Source of the DNA: Mobula hypostoma
Lineage: Eukaryota
Direction of reading: 5' to 3'
Assembly (NCBI RefSeq): GCF_963921235.1
Contig: NC_086097.1
Location: forward strand, 100,628,001-100,692,000
Length of the DNA: 64,000 nt
The position numbers were made by a program, and so were the translations under genes. The notes below the pieces were generated by a model, which had not been told where the DNA came from, did not search any database, and was given only the letters and a program-made list of their open reading frames with translations. Position 1 is the first letter of the stretch; each line of letters begins with the position of its first letter. This document shows positions 30,001 to 42,308 of the stretch, piece by piece.

Positions 30001-33000
30001 ATTCTGCAGTTAGATTACTGTTCAATCACAGCAACACCTATTCTCCCATTCTGCAGTGAGATTATTGTTCAATCACACTGATACCCTTTCTCCCATCCCG
30101 CAGTGAGATTACTGTTCAATCATGTCAACTCCATTTCTCCCATTCCACAGTGAGATTACTGTTCAATCATACCGACACCCTTTCTCCCATTCCACAGTAA
30201 GATTACTGTTCAATCACACCAACACCCTTTCTCCCATTCCACAGTGAGATTTCTGTTCAATCTCACCGACACCCTTTCTCCCATTCCACAGTGAGATTAC
30301 TGTTCAATCATACCGACACCCTTTCTCCCATTCCACAGTGAGATTACTGTTCAATCACACCGACACCCTTTCTCCTATTCCACAGTGAGATTACTGTTCA
30401 ATCACACCGACACCCTTTCTCCCATTCGACAGTGAGATTACTGTTCAATCACACTGACACCCCTTCTCCCGATCCATAGTGAGATTACTGTTCAATCACA
30501 CCGACACCCTTTCTCCCGTTCCACAGTGAGATTACTGTTCAATCATACCGACACCCTTTCTCCCATTCCACAGTGGGTTTACTGTTCAATCACACCAACT
30601 GCCTAACTCCCATTCTGCAGTTAGATTACTGTTCAATCACAGCAACACCTATTCTCCCATTCTGCAGTGAGATTATTGTTCAATCACACTGATACCCTTT
30701 CTCCCATCCCGCAGTGAGATTACTGTTCAATCATGTCAACTCCATTTCTCCCATTCCACAGTGAGATTACTGTTCAATCATATCGACTCCCTTTCTCCCA
30801 TTCCACAGTGAGATTCCTGTTCAATCACACGGACACCCTTTCTCCCATTCCACAGTGAGATTACTGTTCAATCACATCAACACCCTTTATCCCATTCCAC
30901 AGTGAATTTATTGTTCAATCATACCGACACCCTTTCTCGCATTCCACAGTGAGATTACTGTAGAATCACACCGACACCCTTTCTCGCATTCCACAGTGAG
31001 ATTACTGTTCAATCACACTGTCACACTTTCTCCCATTACACAGTGAGATTACTGTTAAATCATACCGACACCCTTTCTCCCATTCCATAGTGAGATTACT
31101 GTTCAATCACACTGACAGCCCTCTCCCATTCCACAGTGAGATTACTGTTCAATCACACCGACACCCTTTCTCCCATTCCACAGTGAGATTACTGTTCAAT
31201 CATACCGACACCCTCTCTCCCATTCCACAGTAAGATTACTTTTCAATCACACCAACACCCTTTCTCCCATTCCACAGTGAGATTTCTGTTCAATCACACC
31301 GACTCCCTTTCTCCCATTCCACAGTGAGATTACTGTTCAATCATACCGACACCCTTTCTCCCATTCCACAGTGAGATTACTGTTCAATCACACCGACACC
31401 CTTTCTCCAATTCCACAGTGAGATTACTGTTCAATCACACCGACACCCTTTCTCCCATTCGACAGTGAGATTACTGTTCAATCACACTGACACCCCTTCT
31501 CCCATTACACAGTGAGATTACTGTTCAATCATACCGACACGCTTTCTCCCATTCCACAGTGAGATTACTGTTCAATCACACCGACTCCCTTTCTGCCATT
31601 CCACAGTGAGATTACTGTTCAATCACATCCACACACTTTCTCCCATTCCAAAGTGAATTTATTGTTCAATCATACCGACACCCTTTCTCGCATTCCACAG
31701 TGAGATTACTGTAGAATCACACCGACACCCTTTCTCGCATTCCACAGTGAGATTACTGTTCAATCACACTGACAGCCCTCTCCCATTCCACAGTGAGATT
31801 ACTGTTAAATCATACCGACACCCTTTCTCCCATTCCATAGTGAGATTACTGTTCAATCACACTGACAGCCCTCTCCTATTCCACAGTGAGATTACTGTTC
31901 AATCACACCGACACCCTTTCTCCCATTCCACAGTGAGATTACTGTTCAATCATACCGACACCCTTTCTCCCATGCCACAGTAAGATTACTGTTCAATCAC
32001 ACCAACACCCTTTCTCCCATTCCACAGTGAGATTTCTGTTCAATCACACCGACACCCTTTCTCCCATTCCACAGTGAGATTACTGTTCAATCATACCGAC
32101 ACCCTTTCTCCCATTCCACAGTGAGATTACTGTTCAATCACACCGACACCCTTTCTCCCATTCCACAGTGAGATTACTGTTCAATCACACCGACACCCTT
32201 TCTCCCATTCCACAGTGAGATTACTGTTCAATCACACCAACACCTATTCTCCCATTCTGCAGTGAGATTATTGTTCAATCACACTGATACCCTTTCTCCC
32301 ATTCCACAGTGAGATTACTGTTCAATCACACCGACACCCTTTCTCCTATTCCACAGTGAGATTACTGTTCAATCACACCGACACCCTTTCTCCCATTCGA
32401 CAGTGAGATTACTGTTCAATCACACTGACACCCCTTCTCCCAATCCATAGTGAGATTACTGTTCAATCACACCGACACCCTTTCTCCCGTTCCACAGTGA
32501 GATTACTGTTCAATCATACCGACACCCTTTCTCCCATTCCACAGTGGGTTTACTGTTCAATCACACCAACTGCCTAACTCCCATTCTGCAGTTAGATTAC
32601 TGTTCAATCACAGCAACACCTATTCTCCCATTCTGCAGTGAGATTATTGTTCAATCACACTGATACCCTTTCTCCCATCCCGCAGTGAGATTACTGTTCA
32701 ATCATGTCAACTCCATTTCTCCCATTCCACAGTGAGATTACTGTTCAATCATATCGACTCCCTTTCTCCCATTCCACAGTGAGATTCCTGTTCAATCACA
32801 CGGACACCCTTTCTCCCATTCCACAGTGAGATTACTGTTCAATCACATCAACACCCTTTATCCCATTCCACAGTGAATTTATTGTTCAATCATACCGACA
32901 CCCTTTCTCGCATTCCACAGTGAGATTACTGTAGAATCACACCGACACCCTTTCTCGCATTCCACAGTGAGATTACTGTTCAATCACACTGTCACACTTT

Positions 33001-34998
33001 CTCCCATTACACAGTGAGATTACTGTTAAATCATACCGACACCCTTTCTCCCATTCCACAGTGAGATTACTGTTCAATCACATCAACACCCTTTATCCCA
33101 TTCCACAGTGAATTTATTGTTCAATCATACCGACACCCTTTCTCGCATTCCACAGTGAGATTACTGTAGAATCACACCGACACCCTTTCTCGCATTCCAC
33201 AGTGAGATTACTGTTCAATCACACTGTCACACTTTCTCCCATTACACAGTGAGATTACTGTTAAATCATACCGACACCCTTTCTCCCATTCCATAGTGAG
33301 ATTACTGTTCAATCACACTGACAGCCCTCTCCCATTCCACAGTGAGATTACTGTTCAATCACACCGACACCCTTTCTCCCATTCCACAGTGAGATTACTG
33401 TTCAATCATACCGACACCCTTTCTCCCATTCCACAGTAAGATTACTTTTCAATCACACCAACACCCTTTCTCCCATTCCACAGTGAGATTTCTGTTCAAT
33501 CACACCGACTCCCTTTCTCCCATTCCACAGTGAGATTACTGTTCAATCATACCGACACCCTTTCTCCCATTCCACAGTGAGATTACTGTTCAATCACACC
33601 GACACCCTTTCTCCAATTCCACAGTGAGATTACTGTTCAATCACACCGACACCCTTTCTCCCATTCGACAGTGAGATTACTGTTCAATCACACTGACACC
33701 CCTTCTCCCATTACACAGTGAGATTACTGTTCAATCATACCGACACGCTTTCTCCCATTCCACAGTGAGATTACTGTTCAATCACACCGACTCCCTTTCT
33801 GCCATTCCACAGTGAGATTACTGTTCAATCACATCCACACACTTTCTCCCATTCCAAAGTGAATTTATTGTTCAATCATACCGACACCCTTTCTCGCATT
33901 CCACAGTGAGATTACTGTAGAATCACACCGACACCCTTTCTCGCATTCCACAGTGAGATTACTGTTCAATCACACTGACAGCCCTCTCCCATTCCACAGT
34001 GAGATTACTGTTAAATCATACCGACACCCTTTCTCCCATTCCATAGTGAGATTACTGTTCAATCACACTGACAGCCCTCTCCCATTCCACAGTGAGATTA
34101 CTGTTCAATCACACCGACACCCTTTCTCCCATTTCACAGTGAGATTACTGTTCAATCATACCGACACCCTTTCTCCCATTCCACAGTAAGATTACTGTTC
34201 AATCACACCAACACCCTTTCTCCCATTCCACAGTGAGATTTCTGTTCAATCACACCGACACCCTTTCTCCCATTCCACAGTGAGATTACTGTTCAATCAT
34301 ACCGACACCCTTTCTCCCATTCCACAGTGAGATTACTGTTCAATCACACCGACACCCTTTCTCCCATTCCACAGTGAGATTACTGTTCAATCACACCGAC
34401 ACCCTTTCTCCCATTCCACAGTGAGATTACTGTTCAATCACACCAACACCTATTCTCCCATTCTGCAGTGAGATTATTGTTCAATCACACTGATACCCTT
34501 TCTCCCATTCCACAGTGAGATTACTGTTCAATCACAGCGACACCCTTTCTCGCATTCCACAGTGAGATTACTGTAGAATCACACCGACACCCTTTCTCGC
34601 ATTCCACAGTGAGATTACTGTTCAATCACACTGACAGCCCTCTCCCATTCCACAGTGAGATTACTGTTCAATCACACCGACACCCTTTCTCCCATTCGAC
34701 AGTGAGATTACTGTTCAATCACACCGACACCCTTTCTCCCATTCCACAGTGAGATTACTGTTCAATCATATCGACTCCCTTTCTCCCATTCCACAGTGAG
34801 ATTACTGTTCAATCACACTGACACCCTTTCTCCCATTCCACAGTGAGATTACTGTTTAATCACATCAACACCCTTTCTCCCATTCCACAGTGAATTTATT
34901 GTTCAATCATACCGACACCCTTTCTTGCATTCCACAGTGAGATTACTGTTCAATCACACCGACACCCTTTCTCCCATTCCACAGTGAGATTACTGTTC
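1..34998. repeat. 47-bp tandem satellite array, consensus GTGAGATTACTGTTCAATCACACCGACACCCTTTCTCCCATTCCACA, about 740 copies; continues off the left edge
   Basis: Direct 47-bp periodicity throughout; ends abruptly at ...gagattactgttc (34998); plus strand is G-poor (5 G per 47 nt). Confidence 0.99.
5058..5257. other. Assembly gap (200 N)
   Basis: Exactly 200 Ns, typical of a fixed-size scaffolding gap; true size unknown. Confidence 0.97.
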
Positions 34999-35059
34999 TA
35001 CTTCGTGGATCTATCTGTCCCCCAGTACAGAGAGCAGCATTCGAGATATACATCCTCAC

Positions 35060-35127
35060 CCTTTCAGTGTAACCGAGTTCGGCCGTAGATAGTGTTCACC
35101 CTCCATCCTGGTGCCTGCCCTGCTGCG
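35060..35127 (-). CDS. Candidate 68-bp exon of an unidentified host gene (RSRAGTRMEGEHYLRPNSVTLK)
   Basis: Minus strand: acceptor ttcctttctgtcag|, donor aagg|gtgagg, only one of three frames open, ATG in strong Kozak context (aggATGG, 35104-35106), several CpGs retained; peptide not recognised. Confidence 0.35.
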
Positions 35128-35289
35128 CTGACAGAAAGGAACTGAGACTAATCACACAGTTTGCTTCAAAACAGGCCACCATGAGGGACTTCACATCAAG
35201 CAGAAAATGCTGATATGGAAACACACACATGATGATCATTTTGCTTTCATAATCCTCCCAGTTAACATGTTCTTCCTGTGTGACATTTC

Positions 35290-37381
35290 AAAATAATTTA
35301 GTAAGGCTGCATTTGGAATGTCATGTGCAATTCTGGCTACCCCTTACAAAACTGGAATGGAGGCTTTGTTGAAGGTGTCGGGGAGGGTGACCTGGGTTAC
35401 ACGGTATTATCTGTAAGGAGGGTGATCTGGGTTACACGGTATTATCTGTAAGGAGGGCGACCTGGGTTACACGGTATTATCTGTAACGTGGGTTACCTGG
35501 GTTACACGGTATTGTCTGTAAGGTGGTTGACCTGGGTTACACGGTATTATCTGTAAGGAGGGCGACCTGGGTTACACGGTATTATCTGTAAGGAGGGTTA
35601 CCTGGGTTACACGGTATTATCTGTAAGGTGGTTGACCTGGGTTACACGGTATTATCTGTAAGGAGGTTGACCTGGGTTACACGGTATTATCTGTAAGGAG
35701 GGTTACCTGGGTTTCACGGGATCATCTGTAAGGAGGGTGACCTGGGTTACACGGTATTATCTGTAAGGAGGGTGACTGGAGTTTCACAGCATTATCTGTA
35801 AGGAGGGTGACTGGAGTTTCACGGGATTATCTGTAAGGAGGGTGACCTGGGTTACACGGTATTGTCTGTAAAGAGGGCGACCTGGGTTACACGGCATTAT
35901 CTGTAAGGAGGGTGACCGGGGTTACACGGCATTATCTGTAAGGAGGGTGACCGGGGTTACACGGCATTATCTGTAAGGAGGGTGATCTGGGTTACACGGC
36001 ATTATCTGTAAGGAGGGTGACTGGAGTTTCACGGGATTATCTGTAAGGAGGGTGACCTGGGTTACACGGCATTATCTGTAAGGAGGGCGACCTGGGTTAC
36101 ACGGTATTATCTGTAACGTGGGTTACCTGGGTTACACGGTATTGTCTGTAAGGTGGTTGACCTGGGTTACACGGTATTATCTGTAAGGAGGGTGACCTGG
36201 GTTACACGGTATTATCTGTAAGGAGGGTGACTGGAGATTCACGGGATTATCTGTAAGGAGGATGACCTGGGTTACACGGCATTATCTGTAAGGAGGGTGA
36301 CCTGGGTTACACGTTATTATCTGTAAGGAGGGTGACCGGAGTTTCACGGGATTATCTGTAAGGAGGGTGACCTGGGTTACACGTTATTATCTGTAAGGAG
36401 GGTGACTGGATTTCATGGGATTATCTGTAAAGAGGGTGACCTGGGTTACACGTTATTATCTGTAAGGAGGGTGACCGGAGTTTCACGGGATTATCTGTAA
36501 GGAGGGTGACCTGGGTTACACGGTATTATCTGTAAGGAGGGTGACTGGAGATTCACGGGATTATCTGTAAGGAGGGTGACCTGGGTTACACGGCATTATC
36601 TGTAAGGAGGGTGACCTGGGTTACACGTTATTATCTGTAAGGAGGGTGACCGGAGTTTCATGGGATTATCTGTAAGGAGGGTGACCTGGGTTACACGTTA
36701 TTATCTGTAAAGAGGGTGACCGGAGTTTCACGGGATTATCTGTAAGGAGGGTGACTGGAGTTTCACGGTATTGTCTGTAAGGAGGGTTACCTGGGTTACA
36801 CGGTATTATCTGTAAGGAGGGTGACTGAGGTTACACAGTATTATCTGTAAGGAGGGTTACCTGGGTTACACGGTATTATCTGTAAGGAGGTTGACCTGGG
36901 TTACACGGTATTATCTGTAACGAGGGTGACCTGGGTTACACGGCATTATCTGTAAGGAGGGTGACCTGGGTTACACGGTATTATCTGTAAGGAGGGTGAC
37001 CTGGATTGTTTTGTCTGGAGCTTCAGAGACCTGATAGAAGTCTGCAAAATTATGATGGACATAGACAGGGTAAATAGATAGAGCTCTGTTCCCCACCGTG
37101 GATATGTCAAATACCATCTTTAAAGTGAGAGGGAGAAAGTTTAAATAAGGGGTGTGAGAGAAGTGTTTTACATAGTGTCCCTGGAACACGCTGCCAGTGG
37201 TGACAGTGGATACGGACACTATAGTGGTGTTAAACAGACACATGGCTGGAATGAAGAGAATGAGGTGATAGAGACCATGTGTTGGCAGAACGGATCTGTT
37301 TAATCTGACATCACATTCAGCAGAGTCATTGAGGGCCCAGATGCCTGTAGCTGTACCAAGTTTTCTGTGCTTTGTGTTCTA
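35290..37381 (+). mobile_element. Old CR1 LINE 3' fragment, interrupted by a 35-bp minisatellite
   Basis: Left flank reads LVRLHLECHVQFW (CR1 ORF2 LVRPHLEYCVQFW); right flank resumes GLFCLE...DLIEVCKIM.DIDRV...FKVRGRKFK...WNTLP and ends in a decayed CR1 tail. Confidence 0.8.
35382..37004. repeat. 35-bp minisatellite, consensus CCTGGGTTACACGGTATTATCTGTAAGGAGGGTGA, about 46 copies
   Basis: Direct periodicity (acggtatt at 35401 and 35436); two interspersed subtypes (cctgggttacacggt and ctggagtttcacggg). Confidence 0.97.
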
Positions 37382-38028
37382 ATTACGCCCTCCACTGGGA
37401 TCTTGTTTCTCCTGTCCTTGTGAGCCAGTCCCATCTGCCCATGTCCTGTGAACCTGTCCTACCCATCTACTCATCTAAAATGTTACTTATGTCTCTCTAA
37501 CCTTTTGTCCATTGGCTGAGAGACTGGTCCAATGTCAGCTTCATTTGTCCTCTATCGTTTCCCAACCATTCTGTTCTTCGGAAGTCTGTCATTGCACACA
37601 AATCTCTCTCCATATTGAAGCAAACCACAGCACCTACAACTCTTCCACACCTACACTCGTACAGCCAATCCCTTACCAATTAGAACCAGAGTGGTACAGC
37701 AGAGAAAAATGCCCTTCAGCCCAACCTGCCTATGCTGACCATTACCCAATGATATTAATCCTTCCAATTCACCGCTACCTCCCATTCCATTAGGCCTTTC
37801 AGCACCTTTGCAAGCATTCTAATGTTGACATGAGAGAACCATTCAGTCTAGAGGAATCGGTCTCTGCTCACTGTGCCTTTTAAGGGTTTTTTACGTTTGC
37901 TCCACCTGTTCTTTCAGTCACAATCCTCCAGCCCTTTACCCACGGCTATGTAATTTCTTTTCTCCAATCACCCCCTGAAATCCATGACAGGTTCTGCTTC
38001 CACCAACCTCAAGGCAGCAAGTCCTACA

Positions 38029-38600
38029 TTGAAGAGATTTGGTATGTCTACAAATACACTCAAAAACTTCTATAAATGTACCATGGAGAGCATTCTGACA
38101 GGCTGCATCACTGTCTGGTATGGAGGGGCTACTGCACAGGACCGAAAGAAGCTGCAGAGGGTCATAAATTTAGTTGGCTCCAACTTGGGTAATAGTCTAC
38201 AAAGTATCTGAGACATCTTTAGGGAGCGGTGTCTCGGAAAGGCAGCATCCATTACTAAGGATGTCAGCACCCAGGGCATGCCCTTTTCTCACTGTTACCA
38301 TCAGGTTGGAGGTACAGAAGCCTGAAGGCACACACTCAGCGATTCAGGAACAGCTTCTTCCTCTCTGCTGTCCGATTCCTAAATGGACATTGAACCCTTG
38401 GACACTACCTCACTTTTTAAAATATATGTTATTTCTGCTTTTGCATGATTTTAATCTATTCATTATATGTATACTGTAGTTGATTTACTTATTTATTTAT
38501 TCTCCTTATTTTTTTGTCTATATTATGTATTGCATTGAACTGCTGCTGCTAAGATAACAAATTTCATGACACATGCTGGTGATAGTAAACCTGATTTTGA
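38029..38600 (+). mobile_element. Rex1/Babar-type LINE 3' fragment
   Basis: LKRFGMSTNTLKNFYKCTMESILTGCITVWYGG...DRKKLQRV, then LPSG.RYR...RFRNSF; tail gtaaacctgattttga. Confidence 0.8.
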
Positions 38601-38779
38601 CCATTATTTGATTCATAAAATCAAGTTTCCCTTTGAGCTCTTCTTGCATCTTTTGTCTGAATTTAAATGCTGTGCCCTTGTCCTTGAACCCTGAGGTAAC
38701 AGGAATCTCTGGGAATCAGACTTCTAGGAATTCTGACGGTCCAGTCAGCAGGCCACAACGATGAGGTTTCTCGCAGGTC

Positions 38780-40643
38780 GGCAACGCTTGTTTAAAAGGA
38801 GAGCTTTGCTGGCGTTCAGGTTTATTCTGATGGTCCAGTGAGTGGCAGGAGCAGGCCACAGAGACGAGGTTTCGCGCAGGATGGAGACTCTTGCTTAAGA
38901 GTACAGAAGGGACAAGCGGGGTGGCCATTATTGGGAGTGGACGAGTGGTGAGAGTGGGAGTGTCAGGCTTCGGCTCGTTGGTTTTCCCCTCTCTCACTGT
39001 ACCTAGGGTAGTGAGTGGCTGCGGTGTGTTCTTCATGTCGGATGTTGGAGAACTGGGAAACCCAGAGACTCTCAGGGAGCTTCATTTGCGCGGTGCAGCT
39101 CCCAGAAGTCTGTGTTAGGTAACTGGAGCAGCAGCTGGATGACGTTTGGTTTGTACTGGAGAGTGAGGAGATAATCGATCAGAGTTACAGGGAAGTCGTC
39201 AGCCCGAAGTTGCAGGAGGTGAGTAGCTGAGTGACTGTCGGGAGAAATGGAAATGTGAATAGGCAGTTAGCGCACAGCACCCCTGTGGCCACTCCCCTCA
39301 ATAATAAATATATAGTTTTGGATACTGTTGTGGGGGATGCTCTCCCTGGGAATGCCACAGAGGCCAGGTTACTGGCACTGAGCATGGGTCCGTGGCGCAG
39401 AAGGGAAAGATAGAGAAGAAGGGAGTGGTAGTGATAGAGGACTCGATAGGGGAACAAACAGAAGATTTGTGGACACGAACAGGGCACCCGGATAGTAGGT
39501 TGCCTCCCAGGTGCCAGGGTCAGGCATTTTGGAGAGGGAGGGGGTGGGATGTCTCGGTACATGTTGGTACCAATGACATAGGGTGGAAAAGCAAAGAGGT
39601 CCTGTGGAGGGTATTTAGAGAGCTGGGCAGAAAGCTGAGAAACAGAACCTCCAGGGTATTAATTTCTGGACTGCTGCCTGTGCCACGCGCCAGGGAGGGT
39701 AGAAACGAGATGATTTAACAAATGAATGCGTGGCTGAGAAGCTGGTGCAGGGGGCAGGGCTTCAGAGTTTTGGATCATTGGCATCTCCTCTGGGGGAGGT
39801 ATGACCTGTACAAAAGTGATAGATTGCACCTGAACCCGAGGAGAACCGATTTTCGTGTGGGTAGGTTTGTTAGAGCGGTTGGGAGGAGTTTAAACTAATA
39901 CGGCAGGGTGAAGGGACTCAGGATAGAAAGGATGGTAAAAAAAGCAAAGGTAGTGTACAGTCAGACTGTCAGGAAGGACAGGCAGATGATAGAACAAAAT
40001 TGCATCCAGCAGGGTGAGTCCAGCGATCCAGAATCAAAAAGTGTCGCAAATGTAGTACTCAAAATGTTATATCTCAATGCGCAGTGTATAAGAAATAAGG
40101 TGGATGATCTTGTTGCACTATTACAGATTGCCAGGTATGATGTTGTTGCCATCACTGAATCATGGCCGGAGGATGGTTGTAGTTGGGAGCTGAATGTTCA
40201 AGGCTACACGTTGTATCAGAGGGATAGGAAGGTCGGCAGAAGTGATGGTGTGGCTCTGCTTGTAAAGAATGGCATCAAGTCAGTAGAAAGATGTGACATA
40301 GGATCGGAACATGTTGAATCTTCATGTGTTGAGTTAAGAAACTGCAAGGGTACAAGGAGTTATATACAGGTCTCCCAGAAGTAGCTGGGAGCTGGACCAC
40401 AGATTACAACGGGAAATAGAAAAGGCATGTCAAAAGGGCAATGTTATGATAGTCATGGGAGATTTCAACACGCAGATCAATTAGGAAAATTAGATTTGAA
40501 ATGGATTCCAAGAGAGTGGCAGAGCTTGATAGGTTCTTGACTGGACAAGGGTTACGGGGAGAAGACCGGGGTGTGGGGTTGAGGAGGAGAAAAAGGATCA
40601 GATTTGATGGGCCAAATGGCTCCTATGTCTTATGATCTTATGG
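38780..40643 (+). mobile_element. CR1 LINE: 5'UTR, decayed ORF1 (SGNH esterase-like) and ORF2 endonuclease start, joined directly to a 3' tail
   Basis: VHVGTNDIG and DRLHL esterase motifs; LYLNAQCIRNK...YDVVAITESW and MGDFN APE-endonuclease motifs; tail tcttatgatcttatgg. Confidence 0.85.
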
Positions 40644-40649
40644 ACGTGA

Positions 40650-41020
40650 CCTTGTACACCCTCATTAAATCTCCTCTCCAAACCCCTTGCTCCAGGGAGA
40701 ATGGTTCCGGCCAATCCAATTTAACTCTTGTTGCTGGAAATATCCCATCAAATCTTCTCATCTTTGCCCTCTAACTTTGGATCCACAGATTAGTATACAG
40801 AACTCCAGCTGTGGCCTAACCAGGGTTCAAAACCAGAGTCAGAATCTGAGCTTTTATCACTGGTTTATATGACATGTAATTCTTTTCTCGCAGCAGCAGT
40901 ACACTGCAAATAAATAAAATTACTATAAATTACAAAATAAACAAATAGAATAAAAAAAGTATCATGAGTAAATGCTCATGGCCTACAGAGAAATCTAATG
41001 GCTGAGGGAACGAAGTTGTT
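40650..41020 (-). mobile_element. Decayed CR1 fragment followed by a Rex1/Babar-type 3' tail
   Basis: aactccagctgtggcctaacc (reverse LVRPQLE); agagtcagaatctgag...gcagcagcagtac resembles the reverse of the tail at 38540-38600. Confidence 0.55.
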
Positions 41021-41707
41021 TTATACAAGTTCAGCAGAACATCCCTGTCCTTGCAGGTGAAGAGGGGTAATAGGCAGATAGATTTCCTCTGCTGGACTTT
41101 ATCTGACTGTTCTGGTGAACTCTGGTCATTAAATTGGATTGAAGTGAGGACCTTTTCCAGAGGTGATAGGATGGAGCAAGGTCTCAGGTGGGGATGCAAC
41201 GTCAATGGCCTGGGAACAATTCATAGTTCAGCTATATTTGTTCTTTATTAAAAACTTTCCCTTTTGTTTTGTTTGATGTCACTGGAGACACATGGCATTT
41301 CAATTACCAACAGAAACCCTGGACCAACAAATAACCAGAAATTGCGTCAACTGACTCAGAAAGCAATTGCTCCTCCAGAATCCATCACCTTACTGTGTCT
41401 AATGAGCCTCAGTGAACTAAAGACTGTGCCTTAACAATCCTTTGGAGTGATCACATGAAAGCAAGCAACCAACGATACTGTTTACTGCTCTTTCATTTCA
41501 GCTTTGGAGGGCACAGACACAGAGATTTAAGCTTCACTTGTGCTGGGTCAGAACTCTTAGAACAACATCTTTATTAGTTTTCCAGAGGCAGTAGCTGAAA
41601 TCTGGACCATGTACCCTAAAGTCCAATACAAATCATTTATCGTTGGTTGTGGATTAAGGGGAATGAATTAAAAGCAACTGGGTTACAACACGGCATTGAA
41701 CAGTCAA

Positions 41708-41965
41708 GGAGACAGCATCCTTCATGAAGTAGCCTCACCATTGGGACCTGCCATCTTCTCATTACAGTTATTGGGGAGGAGGTACAGGAGCCTGAACACC
41801 CACACTCAATGATTCAGGAACAGCTTCTTGCCCACCACCAACAGATTTCTGGACGGTCCATTAATCCATGAGCATTACCTTATTATTCCTACTTTTGCCC
41901 AATTTATTTAATTGTAATTGATGGTAATTTTACATCTGTGCTGTACTGCTGCAAACTACCATGTA
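41708..41965 (+). mobile_element. Rex1/Babar-type LINE 3' fragment
   Basis: ggaggaggtacaggagcctgaacacccacactcaatgattcaggaacagcttc is homologous to 38305-38360. Confidence 0.75.
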
Positions 41966-42308
41966 AATCACAGTCATAGAACACTGTAGCACAGAAAAAG
42001 GCCCATAGGTCCATCTGTTGTCTGCCTGAACAATAATCTGCCTAGTCCCAACAACCATTGCCCTCCATACCCCTCCATCCATGGACCCATCCAAACTGCT
42101 TTTGTGTTGAACTTGTGCTTGTGCTAACAGCTCATTCCACACTCCCACCACCCTCTGAGTGAAGATCCCCCTCATGTTCCCCTTAAATATTTCACCTTTC
42201 ACACATAACCCATGACCTCTGCTTGGAATCCCACCCAACCTCAGTGGTAAAAGCCTGCTTGCATTTACCCCGTCTAAACACCTCATAATTTAGTGTACCT
42301 CTATCAAA

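Noticed and set aside
5028..34189. Many short ORFs (MRLLFNHTDTLSPIPQ...)
   Set aside because: These are translations of the 47-bp unit; the consensus has a TGA every 141 nt, ORFs appear only where point variants remove it, and most starts are GTG; two ORFs are read through Ns
1..34998. CRISPR-like array
   Set aside because: Monomers abut with no unique spacers, there are no cas genes, and the context is vertebrate
37984..38211. ORF resembling the domain often annotated as ALKBH8 N-terminal/DUF1891
   Set aside because: It is the C-terminal region of Rex1/Babar LINE ORFs, present several times in this window with stops
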